Assembly: GCF_001457615.1 (NCBI RefSeq)
Contig: NZ_LN831024.1
Location: forward strand, 6,210,001-6,242,000
Length of the DNA stretch: 32,000 nt
DNA from: Pseudomonas aeruginosa
Lineage (GTDB): Bacteria > Pseudomonadota > Gammaproteobacteria > Pseudomonadales > Pseudomonadaceae
Reading direction: 5' to 3'
Position numbers and translations under genes: made by a program. Every line of letters starts with the position of its first letter. The stretch's first letter is position 1. Positions 1-9,601 of the stretch are shown here, piece by piece. The notes under the pieces were generated by a model that was not told the DNA's origin, searched no databases, and saw only the letters and a list, made by a program, of their open reading frames with translations.

Positions 1-323
1 TCGCCCTCCAGACTGGCCGGCGGCGCGGCGAAGCGCTCCGCGCCGATGAACCAGTTCTTGCGCGCATGCCTTGCCCGGTAGGGGCTGGGGCAGATCCACT
101 GGATACCGCCGCACCAGCGCTCGGCGAGCGCTTCGGCGGCAGTGCCGCGCAGCCCCAGGAGCAGCGAACGCCAGGTGCGCGGACGCTCGCCGGCCACCTC
201 CTCGATTACCTCGACCTCGACGCCGGCTTGCGCCGCCTCGAGGCACAGCCGCTCGAACGCCTTCGCCACCGCCAGGCAGCATTCCGCCGGCCCCTGGGCC
301 GCGGAGAGTTGCAGCAGGATCAT
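1..323 (-). CDS. prfH: Peptide chain release factor H-like protein (PrfH), N-terminal part only; gene continues past the left edge
   Basis: Minus frame from ATG at 323 reads MILLQLSAAQGPAECCLAVAKAFERLCLEA...ERPRTWRSLLLGLRGTAAEALAERWCGGIQWICPSPYRARHARKNWFIGAERF, typical of PrfH N-terminus. ATG overlaps the armZ TGA (ATGA). The GGQ motif is outside the window. Confidence 0.8.
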   Translation of the reverse strand, partial: MILLQLSAAQGPAECCLAVAKAFERLCLEAAQAGVEVEVIEEVAGERPRTWRSLLLGLRGTAAEALAERWCGGIQWICPSPYRARHARKNWFIGAERFAAPPASLEG

Positions 324-1471
324 CGGCAGCACTCCCCACGGGTCTTGTAGGTCAGCACCGGCTTCAGGCGGGCGACCAGGCGCAGCAGGCCGGCTTCGAG
401 CAGCGCGCCGACCACCGAGTCGATACCCTTGTAGGCTTCCGGCGCTTCCTCGTAGATCAGTTGGCGGTCGCCACAGATCACCCTGCTGCCAAGGCGCGTA
501 CGGCCCAACTGGTCGACGCTGAAGCGCGCCGCCAGACGCTCCCGACACTCGCCGCGCTGCCATTTGCGACCGGCGCCGTGGGCCAGGGAGAACAGGCTCT
601 GCGCGCTCGGCACAGGCTCCACCAGGTAGCTGTAGTCGCCGCGCGAGCCGGGGATCACCAGCACGCCCTGGTCGGCCGGGGTGGCGCCCTTGCGGTGCAG
701 CCAGCCGTCGACGCCATCGACCTGTGCCGGCGCCACCAGGTTGTGGTTGATGTCGAGCAGTTCCAGGCCGTCGCAGCGCAAGCGTTCGAGAATGCGCCGG
801 GCGATGAGCTGGCGGTTACCCTCGGCGAAGCGCAGCGCATCGGCGTGGCGCGCCAGGTAGGCGGAAGCTTCCAGGCTGCCGTCGAGCAGGCCGGCGTGGC
901 CATGCAGGCTGACCTGCTCTTGCAGGATCGCCTGGCCGAGACCGCGCGAGCCACTGTGCACCAGCAGTTGCAGGCGGCCGGCATCGAGGCCGAGGGCGTG
1001 CAGGGCGGCCTGGTCGAACACGGTCTCGACCTGCTGTAGCTCGGCGAAGTGGTTGCCGCCACCGATCGTGCCGAGCGCGCGCCAGTGCTCGCGGGCCGGT
1101 AGATCCAGGGCTTCGATGCAGTCGCTCCAGGTCTCGTCCAGCGGCAGGTCGAGATTGCCCAGGCGCTTTTCCAGTTTGTCCGCCGACAGCTTGCCGGGGG
1201 CCAGGCCGGTTTCCCACAGGGCCATGCCACAGCCGATGTCGTTGCCGACCAGCGCCGGATAGAAGCGACCGACGGAGAAGAACGCCGCGCCGACCGGATA
1301 GCCGCGGCCGGGATGCAGGTCCGGGAGACCGACGACGCGGCACATGCCGTCCAGTTCGGCGGTGGTTTGCAGTTGCTGGATCGCCTTGCCTTCGATCCAG
1401 GTGCTGTCCGAGGCGATCAGTGCGACGCCCGCGGACAAAGGCTTGATGTAGTTGCCCATAATCCAATCCAT
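320..1471 (-). CDS. armZ: RtcB-family protein, ArmZ (anti-repressor of MexZ)
   Basis: ORF with RtcB motifs DIGCGM, GTIGGGNHF, VHSGSRG, DINHN, AHGAGR. Start taken at MDWIMGNY (1471); MGNYIKP at 1459 is an alternative. Preceded by 13-codon leader ORF and followed by prfH, as known for PA5471. Confidence 0.88.
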   Translation of the reverse strand: MDWIMGNYIKPLSAGVALIASDSTWIEGKAIQQLQTTAELDGMCRVVGLPDLHPGRGYPVGAAFFSVGRFYPALVGNDIGCGMALWETGLAPGKLSADKLEKRLGNLDLPLDETWSDCIEALDLPAREHWRALGTIGGGNHFAELQQVETVFDQAALHALGLDAGRLQLLVHSGSRGLGQAILQEQVSLHGHAGLLDGSLEASAYLARHADALRFAEGNRQLIARRILERLRCDGLELLDINHNLVAPAQVDGVDGWLHRKGATPADQGVLVIPGSRGDYSYLVEPVPSAQSLFSLAHGAGRKWQRGECRERLAARFSVDQLGRTRLGSRVICGDRQLIYEEAPEAYKGIDSVVGALLEAGLLRLVARLKPVLTYKTRGECCR

Positions 1472-1671
1472 GTGATTGAAACGGTAGATCCGGGGGGCAG
1501 ACCGAAGCCGAGCGGGCACTCGCGGAAGGGCGAAGGGCGTCTAACGGAGAAGTGAAAACCTGGGGAGCGGTGACCGCGGCAGCCGATGACCTCTCGCCGG
1601 AAGCTTGCGCGGACGCAAGGGCGGGAATCGTTCAGCGGTGCAGGGGGTCGAGCGGTAGGTTTCGGTGGCCG

Positions 1672-1713
1672 TTAGGCCAGGCGCAGCCTGCAAAGGGTAG
1701 AGAACTGAATCAT
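1672..1713 (-). CDS. 13-aa leader peptide MIQFSTLCRLRLA of armZ (PA5471.1-type attenuation leader)
   Basis: ATG at 1713-1711 preceded by a perfect AAGGAGGT (plus strand 1722-1729 acctcctt); TAA at 1674-1672; location and length match the described PA5471.1 leader. Confidence 0.85.
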   Translation of the reverse strand: MIQFSTLCRLRLA

Positions 1714-1760
1714 CGATGTAACCTCCTTTGCGGTGCGTAAGTGGGGGAAATGAAGGGCGA

Positions 1761-1789
1761 ATCCTAGGCGTTTCATTCCCACCGCGCAA
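1761..1789 (-). promoter_or_regulatory. Candidate sigma70 promoter for the armZ leader: TTGCGC-N17-TAGGAT
   Basis: Minus strand TTGCGC (plus 1784-1789) and TAGGAT (plus 1761-1766), 17-bp spacer, about 48 bp upstream of the leader ATG. Confidence 0.6.
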
Positions 1790-1826
1790 GCCCCGGAAAG
1801 GCTTCGCGATGGAAATGAGCGGCGCA

Positions 1827-2621
1827 TCACTGCGCCGAAAGAGCCTGCACGGCGCCGGGCACCTCGCTGTTCCAGCGCTGGTAGAGCGCCCGCAGCTCGC
1901 CGGACGCCGCCATCTGCCGTACCCGCGCGTCGTAGACCTCGCGCAGGAGCCGGCCGCTGGCGCTGTCGGCGAAGGTCATGAAGGACTCCTTGCCGGGCGG
2001 CAGTTGCGCGATCGGGTAGGCGTCGGCCGGCAGATGCGCTTCGCTGCGCTGCTTTTCCAGTTCGTCCGGCTCGTCGAGGAAGAAATCCAGCTCGCCGTTC
2101 TGGACCTGCTCGGTGCAACGCTCGGGGCGGACGCACTCGACCAGGGTGAAGTCGCGCTGCTCCGCGGGGATCAGGTTGTAGCTGTGGCGCCAGCCGACGC
2201 GCTTGCCGGTGAGGCTGGCGCGGCCGGAAAAGGGCGTCTTCGCCGCATGCATCACGCCGTGGTACTCGATGTCGATCGGCAACTGGGCGTACAGCTTGCC
2301 CTCAACGCCGGGGATCTCGCCCGGCACGCCATCGACCATGGAGCCCGCGGTCATCAGCTTGTTGGCGCGGTTCCAGGGCATGTTGATGAATTTCACGTCG
2401 AGCCCGTAGGGCGCATAGACCTGCTTCAGCAGGTCCCAGTACAGACCGCTGCCGTCGGCGTTGGTATAGCCTTCCCAGGCCGGCGCGGCGAAGGTCGCCT
2501 TGCGGATGTGCGCCTGCTCCAGGCTATCGCCCAGCGCATCGGCCTGAACCACCGGCGCTCCCCCTACCCCGAGCGCCAACACCGCTGCCGAGAGGCAGCC
2601 ACTGATCCCCGAAAATCGCAT
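1827..2621 (-). CDS. Periplasmic solute-binding protein family 3-like, with signal peptide
   Basis: ORF from MRFSGISGCLSAAVLALGVGGAPVVQA signal peptide, then SBP-like sequence GLYWDLLKQVYAPYGLDVKFINMPWNRANKLM...FLDEPDELE. Confidence 0.75.
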   Translation of the reverse strand: MRFSGISGCLSAAVLALGVGGAPVVQADALGDSLEQAHIRKATFAAPAWEGYTNADGSGLYWDLLKQVYAPYGLDVKFINMPWNRANKLMTAGSMVDGVPGEIPGVEGKLYAQLPIDIEYHGVMHAAKTPFSGRASLTGKRVGWRHSYNLIPAEQRDFTLVECVRPERCTEQVQNGELDFFLDEPDELEKQRSEAHLPADAYPIAQLPPGKESFMTFADSASGRLLREVYDARVRQMAASGELRALYQRWNSEVPGAVQALSAQ

Positions 2622-2980
2622 CCGCACCACTCCTCTGTATCCCTCTAGACCGGGGCTTTTTAAAAGGTGCAAAGGATACCCTTCCTGTCGGCTAATTCCA
2701 TGGCCTGTGGCGCAAACGCATGCATCGAACGGAAGGCGAAAAAATCTTCGCCGTTTCCCGGCGCGCACGCTTGAATGAAGGGTAGGCGCCCTGCCGCTCG
2801 GGCTGCCGAGACGAACTCCCGCGGGGGGCGCCTGTCCAAATATGACGTTCGTGTTACAACTCGCCTGAACGCTGCCTTTCCATCGTGGCCGTTGGCGCCG
2901 TTGTCCGGGCTCCGCGGCGCAACGCACGCGGAACCTGGCGCGAGGTTGGCCATTCGTCGTAGTGCCAGGGGGGCCACGCC

Positions 2981-4729
2981 ATGCTGAAACTGCTCGACCT
3001 GCTCTCTGCCGTCGCCCTGCTGGTGTGGGGCACGCATATCGTCCGCACCGGAATCCTCCGGGTCTACGGCGCCGACCTGCGGCGCATCCTCAGTCGCAGC
3101 GTGGAAAAACGCCCGCTGGCGTTCGCCGCCGGCATCGGCGTCACCGCCCTGGTGCAAAGCAGCAACGCCACCGCCCTGCTGGCCACCTCCTTCGTCGCCC
3201 AGGGCCTGATGGCACTGGCGCCGGCCCTGGCGATCATGCTCGGCGCCGATGTCGGCACCGCGCTGATGGCGCGGGTGCTGACCCTCGACCTGTCGTGGCT
3301 TTCGCCATTGCTGATCTTCTTCGGCGTGATTTTCTTCCTCAGCCGCAAACAGACCCGCCTCGGCCAGCTCGGCCGGGTATTCATCGGCCTCGGCCTGATC
3401 ATCCTGGCGCTCCAGCTGATCGTCGCCGCCGCCGAGCCGATGACCCAAGCCAAGGGCGTCAAGGTACTGTTTTCCAGCCTGACCGGCGACATCATGCTCG
3501 ACGCGCTGACCGGCGCGTTGTTCGCCATGATTTCCTATTCCAGCCTGGCCGCCGTGCTGCTTACCGCGACCCTCGCCGCGTCCAAGGTGATCTCGCTGAA
3601 AGTCGCGCTGTGCCTGGTGGTCGGCGCCAACCTCGGCAGCGGCATCCTGGCCATGCTCAGCGCCACCGCGCAAAACGCCGCCGGTCGCCGGGTGGCCCTC
3701 GGCAGCCTGTTGTTCAAGGTCGCCGGCTGCCTGTTGGTGCTGCCCCTGGTGGGGCCGCTGGCGGACTGGATGGATCACTGGCAGTTCAGCACAGCCGAAC
3801 TGGTGATCGCCTTCCACGTGCTCTACAACGCCGCGCGCTGCCTCGCCTGCCTGCCGCTGACCAACGCCATGGCCAGCTTCTGCACCCGTGTGATGCCCGA
3901 CCGTGCCCTTCCCGACGACGTCGCCCGGCCGCGCCATCTCGACCCCGCCGCCCTCGACACGCCGAGCCTGGCGCTGGCCAACGCGGTGCGCGAGACCCTG
4001 CGCATGGGCGACACCGTCGAGCAGATGCTGAACAATCTGATGCAGATCATCCGCGGCGGCGATCCGCTGCTCGGCAAGGACATCCGCAAGCTCGACGACG
4101 ACGTCGACGCCCTCTACACCGCGATCAAGCTGTATCTGGCAAGGATGCCGCGCGAGGACCTGTCCGAACGCGACAGCCGGCGCTGGGCGGAGATCATCGA
4201 GCTGGCGATCAACCTGGAGCAGGCCGGCGACATCATCGAGCACATGCTCGCCGCCGTGCAGGACAAGAAGACCTCGCGCAGCCGCTCGTTCTCCGACACC
4301 GGCCTGGAAGAGATCGGCACCCTGTACCAGCAGTTGGTCTCCAACCTGCGCCTGGGTCTCTCGGTGTTCCTCAACGGCGACCTCGACAGCGCCAAGCGCC
4401 TGCGCCGGGCCAAGCAGCGCTTCCGTCTGCAGGAACGGCGCTACGCCCATGCCCATGTCGACCGCCTGCACCAGCAGGTGGTACAGAGCATCGAGACCAG
4501 CTCGCTGCACCTGGACCTGATCAGCGACATGAAGCGTCTCAACTCGCTGTTCTGCGCCATCGCCTACGCCGTGCTGGACAATCCAGACGCGCCGAGCAGC
4601 GCGGCCGACGAGGGCACTCGGCGGGACGAGGACGACTGGGCCGACGAAGTCGACGACATGACCTCGGCGCCGCTGGCCGAGCCAGCGCTCGCCGAGGAGC
4701 GAGCGGAAACGCGCCGTTCGCGACATTAG
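2981..4729 (+). CDS. Na+/phosphate cotransporter family protein (NptA/PNaS-like with C-terminal PhoU-like region)
   Basis: 582-aa ORF with multiple TMs, repeated QSSNATALLATSF / SYSSLAAVLLTATLAA and GADVGTA / GANLGSGILA motifs, followed by a helical PhoU-like tail. Confidence 0.82.
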   Translation: MLKLLDLLSAVALLVWGTHIVRTGILRVYGADLRRILSRSVEKRPLAFAAGIGVTALVQSSNATALLATSFVAQGLMALAPALAIMLGADVGTALMARVLTLDLSWLSPLLIFFGVIFFLSRKQTRLGQLGRVFIGLGLIILALQLIVAAAEPMTQAKGVKVLFSSLTGDIMLDALTGALFAMISYSSLAAVLLTATLAASKVISLKVALCLVVGANLGSGILAMLSATAQNAAGRRVALGSLLFKVAGCLLVLPLVGPLADWMDHWQFSTAELVIAFHVLYNAARCLACLPLTNAMASFCTRVMPDRALPDDVARPRHLDPAALDTPSLALANAVRETLRMGDTVEQMLNNLMQIIRGGDPLLGKDIRKLDDDVDALYTAIKLYLARMPREDLSERDSRRWAEIIELAINLEQAGDIIEHMLAAVQDKKTSRSRSFSDTGLEEIGTLYQQLVSNLRLGLSVFLNGDLDSAKRLRRAKQRFRLQERRYAHAHVDRLHQQVVQSIETSSLHLDLISDMKRLNSLFCAIAYAVLDNPDAPSSAADEGTRRDEDDWADEVDDMTSAPLAEPALAEERAETRRSRH

Positions 4730-4797
4730 CCGTTCTGCGGGTAGGTTCGTCATGAAGCATCCGCTATTCTCGGTATTTTCAGTTCCAGGCTCGGCCC

Positions 4798-6171
4798 ATG
4801 CGTTCGTTGTCCACCCTGCTGCTGTTCTGCCTGCTCTGCCCCTGGTCGTACGCCGACCAGCGCAGCGAGGTCGAAGCCTTCCAGCTGGAAAACGGCATGG
4901 GCGTGCTGCTCAAGCCCACCGAGCAGCACCGGCACGTCTCGATCCGGCTGGTGGTGGGGGTCGGTTTCGCCGACTTCTCGTGCCGTGAAAAGCAGCTGCC
5001 GCACCTGCTCGAGCACCTGTTCTTCAGCGGCCTGGACGGCGGCGACGAGGCCGACCTGGAAGCCCGCATGCAGGCCCTCGGCGGACAATGGAACGCCTAC
5101 ACCAGCGAAGGCGACACCACCTTCGTCATCGAGGCACCTGCCGCCACCCAGCGGCAGGTCCTAGACCTGCTGCTGGACACCATCACCCGCACCGAACTGG
5201 ACGAGCCGCGCATCGCCGCCGCCAAGCGAGTGATCGAGCGCGAAGGCGGCGGCCATTACTCGCACCTGCAGCGCTGGCTCGACCGCGAGAACCTGGGCCG
5301 TGGCGCCATGGACCAACTGGCGGTGGAACTGGGCCTGGCCTGCTCCCAGCGCGCGCCGCTGGCGCCGCTTGGCGCGGAGCAGCTGGAGCGGCTGCGCAGC
5401 GACTGGTACGTACCGGGCAACATGACCCTGATCCTGGTCGGTGACCTCGATCCGCGCCTGCCGGCCTATCTGACCCGGACCTTCGGCACCCTGGAAGACC
5501 ACGAGCTCCCCGAGCGCCGCGAGCTGCCGGCGGCCAACGGGCATGCCGAGGCCAGGCGCACCCTGATCACCCGGCCATTCGGCGAGGGTGCGACGCTGCA
5601 CTGGATCTATCCGGAGCCGGACGACGCCGACCCGGACGCCATGGTCCTGCTCCAGGCCTATATGAACGACGCGCTGTACGCCGACCTGCGTGTGCGTCGC
5701 GGACTCACCTACGGGCCATCGACCGATCGCCAGGTGTTCGCCAACCAGGGCTTCTTCAGCCTCGACGCGGATGTCGAGCGCAGCGACCTACCCGCCACCG
5801 AGGCCGCCCTGCGCGAGTTGCTCGACGGCATCCGCCAGCATGGCCTGGACCCGGGGCGTTTCAAGCGGGTGCAATTCGCCGAGCGCGCCAGGCTGGCCTG
5901 GAGCACCCAGGGCAACGCGGCGCTGGCGGACTATTACTGGGGCTCGCTGGCCGACTACGAGGACGGCCATTTCCCCAATGAGGAGCGCCGCCTGGCGAAG
6001 GTCAGCCTGCAACAGGCGAACGCGCTGGCGAAGCGGCTGTTCGACGGCGAAGGCTACCTGCGCATCGAAAAGCCGCTATTCGACGACGACATGCTCTACC
6101 CATTGCTGCTCGCCGCCGGTCTCCTGGCCAGCGGCCTGCTCTGGTTCGGCCTGCGCCGCCGGCGCGCCTGA
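4798..6171 (+). CDS. M16 (insulinase/pitrilysin)-family zinc peptidase with C-terminal TM segment
   Basis: 457-aa ORF; inverted zinc motif HLLEH at the N-terminus, signal sequence LLLFCLLCPWSYA, C-terminal LLLAAGLLASGLLWFGLRRRRA. Confidence 0.85.
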   Translation: MRSLSTLLLFCLLCPWSYADQRSEVEAFQLENGMGVLLKPTEQHRHVSIRLVVGVGFADFSCREKQLPHLLEHLFFSGLDGGDEADLEARMQALGGQWNAYTSEGDTTFVIEAPAATQRQVLDLLLDTITRTELDEPRIAAAKRVIEREGGGHYSHLQRWLDRENLGRGAMDQLAVELGLACSQRAPLAPLGAEQLERLRSDWYVPGNMTLILVGDLDPRLPAYLTRTFGTLEDHELPERRELPAANGHAEARRTLITRPFGEGATLHWIYPEPDDADPDAMVLLQAYMNDALYADLRVRRGLTYGPSTDRQVFANQGFFSLDADVERSDLPATEAALRELLDGIRQHGLDPGRFKRVQFAERARLAWSTQGNAALADYYWGSLADYEDGHFPNEERRLAKVSLQQANALAKRLFDGEGYLRIEKPLFDDDMLYPLLLAAGLLASGLLWFGLRRRRA

Positions 6172-6176
6172 CCGGG

Positions 6177-6737
6177 CTACAGGGCCAGGCGGTGGATGAC
6201 CTGGGTCGAGTCGTCCGGGTCGCGCTGGCCGACGAAGCCCAGTGCGCAACAAAGGTCGCGCATCGCCCGGTTGGCCGCCGAGTCCACCGAATACATCTGG
6301 CGGAAGCCGTTGCGCCGCGCCACGTCGATCAGATGGCGCATCAGCACGGCGTCGAGGCCCAGACCCTGGTAGTCGTCGGCGATGGTTACCGCGCATTCGC
6401 ACTGCCCTTCCTCGCAGCAGGCGGCGTAGCGGCTGATACCGACCTCGCGCAGCTCACCGTCCTCGTGCACCAGGGCAACGAAGGCCATACTCTGCTGGTA
6501 GTCGATGTCCATCAGTTGATCGAGCAGCGCCGGGCTGGCTTCCTTGATCTCGCCGAGGAAGCGGAAGTGGCGGGTCGCCGGGGACAGCCGGTTGATGAAC
6601 TGGCGTTCGCGCTCCCGGTCCTCCTCGCGCAGGGGACGGATCAGCACGTGGCGGCCATCGTCGAGGGACTCGACCCAATGGTCGCCCTCTACCGCCGCGA
6701 ACGCGGAAGACCGGCTGGCATTTTGTACATTGGACAT
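6177..6737 (-). CDS. GNAT-family N-acetyltransferase
   Basis: ORF with IRPLREEDRERERQFI, VTIADDYQGLGLDAVLMRHLIDVARRNGF, MRDLCCALGF motifs; start MSNVQNA at 6737. Confidence 0.8.
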   Translation of the reverse strand: MSNVQNASRSSAFAAVEGDHWVESLDDGRHVLIRPLREEDRERERQFINRLSPATRHFRFLGEIKEASPALLDQLMDIDYQQSMAFVALVHEDGELREVGISRYAACCEEGQCECAVTIADDYQGLGLDAVLMRHLIDVARRNGFRQMYSVDSAANRAMRDLCCALGFVGQRDPDDSTQVIHRLAL

Positions 6738-6879
6738 GATGCGATCTCCAGGAAGGGAAGGAAGTCGGTACAACCACTTCCTTCCTGTCTACGCGGTTTG
6801 GCGCAGCTCCGGTTGATCGACATCAACGCCGCCGCCGCAGCCCCGGCGGGAGCCGACGCACGGCATGCGGCGAAACGCC

Positions 6880-8169
6880 TCAGGCGTTGGCCAGCTCGGC
6901 CTCGGCGATCTCCTTGCCGCGCCGGCGGAACAGCACCAGGGTGGCGAGCAGCCCCAGCAGCGCCGCGCCACTGAGCCAGATGCCCGGGGCCGCGCGGTTG
7001 TCCAGGGTGTGGATCAGCCAGGTGCAGACCGCCGGGGTGAAACCACCGAAGGTCGCCGTAGCCAGGCTGTAGGCGAGGGAGAAACCGGTAGTGCGCACGT
7101 CCGCCGGCATCACCTCGGTCAACGCCACCACCATCGCGCCGTTGTAGCTGCTGTAGAGGAACGACAGCCACAACTCGACGCCGAGCAGGCCGGCGAAACT
7201 CGGCTCGCGGACCAGCCAGGACAGCGCCGGGTAGGCGGTCAGCAGTGCCAGCGCGGAGGCACCCAGCAACAATGGCTTGCGCCCGATGCGGTCGGAGAAC
7301 GCGCCCATCACCGGCAGCCAGATGAAGTTGGACAGGCCGATGCACATGGTCACCAGCAGGCTGTCGAGGTCCGACAGTTGCAGTTCGTTCTTGCCGAAGG
7401 TCGGCGTGTAGGCGGTGATCAGGTAGAACGATACGGTGGTCATCACCACCATCGCGGTACCGGCCAGCACTACGCCGAAGTTCTGCCCGATGGAGCGCAG
7501 CACCTGCGACAGCGACGGTCGGTGGGTGCGCGCCTCGAACTCCGGCGTTTCCTCCAGCGAGCGACGGATGACGAACAGCGCCGGAACGATCAGGCAGCCG
7601 ATGAAGAACGGCACGCGCCAGCCCCATTCGCCCATGTCCTGCGGGCTCAGCCACTGGTTGAGGAGCACGCCGAGCAGGCCGGCGAAAACCACCGCGACCT
7701 GCTGGCTGGCCGACTGCCAACTGACGAAGAAGCCTTTGCGTCCTGGCGTGGCGATCTCCGACAGGTAGACCGAAACCCCTCCCAGCTCGACGCCGGCGGA
7801 AAAACCCTGCAGGAGCCGGCCGAACAGCACCAGCAACGGCGCCGCCACGCCCAGCGTGGCATAGCCGGGAACGAAGGCGATCAGCAGGGTGCCCATGGCC
7901 ATCAGGCCGAGGGTGATGATCAGGCCCTGGCGGCGGCCGTGGCGATCGATGTAGGCGCCCAGGAACACCGCACCCAGCGGCCGCATCAGGAAGCCGGCGC
8001 CAAAGGTGGCGAGGGACAGCATCAGGGAGGCGAACGGGTTGTCGCCGGGGAAGAAGGTCTTGGCGATGGCGGTGGCGTAGAAGCCATACACCATGAAGTC
8101 GTACATCTCGAGGAAGTTGCCACTGACCACACGGAAAATGGCGACACCTTTGGATTTATTAGAGGCCAT
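6880..8169 (-). CDS. citA: MFS citrate/proton symporter-like transporter
   Basis: 12-TM MFS protein; [24 protein letters not shown] and [14 protein letters not shown] motifs of the citrate/proline/betaine MHS subfamily; start MASNKSKG at 8169. Confidence 0.82.
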   Translation of the reverse strand: MASNKSKGVAIFRVVSGNFLEMYDFMVYGFYATAIAKTFFPGDNPFASLMLSLATFGAGFLMRPLGAVFLGAYIDRHGRRQGLIITLGLMAMGTLLIAFVPGYATLGVAAPLLVLFGRLLQGFSAGVELGGVSVYLSEIATPGRKGFFVSWQSASQQVAVVFAGLLGVLLNQWLSPQDMGEWGWRVPFFIGCLIVPALFVIRRSLEETPEFEARTHRPSLSQVLRSIGQNFGVVLAGTAMVVMTTVSFYLITAYTPTFGKNELQLSDLDSLLVTMCIGLSNFIWLPVMGAFSDRIGRKPLLLGASALALLTAYPALSWLVREPSFAGLLGVELWLSFLYSSYNGAMVVALTEVMPADVRTTGFSLAYSLATATFGGFTPAVCTWLIHTLDNRAAPGIWLSGAALLGLLATLVLFRRRGKEIAEAELANA

Positions 8170-8542
8170 GGGACACACACTCAGGCAGACACGGGGAAGC
8201 GGTCCATGGCGGCGTCGATGGCCACGCAGGCGGGTACGTCATCCATCGACCGAGTTGTAACCATATGTGTAAAAACTCCTGTCGAACAATCTAAAATTGC
8301 CCGAAAGGTGCGAATTGAAGGGGTTTGAAAGGCTGTCGAAAGCTTCGCGACCATCGGTCGGGAAAGCGACGCCTTTTTCCCTGGTCGACCTCCAGAAAGG
8401 AGAGCGGAGCCTCTGTCGGGCGAAGGAAACATTCGCCACGCGGCAGCTGTCCTTCGTTCATACCCAGGAAACCCGGCCGGGGTTATGCTGCGCGCCCCGG
8501 CCGGCTGGCCGAGCAGCTCCGATCGAGAACCCGCTGGTCCCC

Positions 8543-9583
8543 ATGCCCAACCAACAACGCCCCATCCTCAAGGCCCGCCTGGAGCAACTGATCGCCCTGG
8601 TCGGCGGCCTGATGGCCCGCTATCCGCGCACCATCGCCCTGTTCGGCTTCTGTTCGGGCGTGTTCAGTTTCATCATGGTCGACCGGCAGAAGGGCTTCGC
8701 CCAGGTGCTGGCGATCATCATGCTGGTCAGTTGGGTCTGGTTGATCCTCGAGAACCTCCTGCGGGAGACCTTCGCCCGCCGCTTCGGCTGGGAGATCCCG
8801 GCGCCGCTGCTGCGCTACGCGACCCAACTGATCCACCAGGAAAGCCTGTTCTTCGTCCTGCCGTTCTTTCTCATCACCACCACCTGGAACAGCGGCCAGG
8901 CGCTGTTCACAGGGACGCTGGCCGCCGCGGCACTGATCTCCATCACCGATCCGCTCTACTATCGCTGGCTGTCCAGGCGTCGCTGGGTGTTCCTCGCCTA
9001 CCACACCCTGACCCTGTTCGCGGTGTTGCTGACCTCGCTGCCGATCCTGCTGCACCTGACCACCCCGGAAAGCTACCGGTTGTCGCTGGGCATCGCCGTC
9101 GTGCTGTCCTTCCCCAGCCTGCTCGTGACCTTCCCGCTACAGCACTGGTGGCGCGGCTTCCTGCTTCTCGGCCTGACCCTGGCGGTGGGCCTGGCCGGAT
9201 GGTTCGGCCGCACCTGGGTACCGCCGGCCACCCTGTGGCTGACCGAAGTGGCGGTGAGCAGCCAGTTCGACGACCAGAGCCGCACGCCCGGCGACAGCCT
9301 GGAGCAGGTCGGCGCCGCCCAGTTGCGCAGCCAGGGCCTGTTCGCCTATACCGCGATCAACGCGCCGCGCGGCCTCGACGAGCGCATCTATCACGTGTGG
9401 ATGTTCAACGGGAAGGAGTTCGACCGCATCGCCCTGGATATCCACGGCGGCCGCAAGGAGGGCTACCGGGCCTGGACCCACAAGCAGAACTTCCCCGGCG
9501 ACCCGGTCGGCCACTGGCAGGTGAAGGTACTCACCGAGGCCGGACAGATGATCGGCACCCTGCGCTTCGACGTCACCCAGTGA
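8543..9583 (+). CDS. Conserved membrane protein of DUF5924/DUF2914 type
   Basis: ORF from ATG 8543 (MPNQQRPILKARLEQLIAL); several TM helices then soluble domain VWMFNGKEFDRIALDIHGGRKEGYRAWTHKQNFPGDPVGHWQVKVLTEAGQMIGTLRF. Confidence 0.72.
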   Translation: MPNQQRPILKARLEQLIALVGGLMARYPRTIALFGFCSGVFSFIMVDRQKGFAQVLAIIMLVSWVWLILENLLRETFARRFGWEIPAPLLRYATQLIHQESLFFVLPFFLITTTWNSGQALFTGTLAAAALISITDPLYYRWLSRRRWVFLAYHTLTLFAVLLTSLPILLHLTTPESYRLSLGIAVVLSFPSLLVTFPLQHWWRGFLLLGLTLAVGLAGWFGRTWVPPATLWLTEVAVSSQFDDQSRTPGDSLEQVGAAQLRSQGLFAYTAINAPRGLDERIYHVWMFNGKEFDRIALDIHGGRKEGYRAWTHKQNFPGDPVGHWQVKVLTEAGQMIGTLRFDVTQ

Positions 9584-9601
9584 CGTCGAAGCCTGGCGAC
9601 C

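Noticed and set aside
1827-2927. Full 366-aa extension of the solute-binding protein ORF
   Set aside because: The signal peptide begins at the internal Met at 2621; upstream residues are not protein-like and cross the likely promoter region.
2660-4753. 697-aa minus-strand ORF opposite the Na/Pi cotransporter gene
   Set aside because: Low-complexity His/Gln/Glu-rich translation typical of antisense frames in GC-rich DNA; the plus-strand protein shows real TM and QSS motifs.
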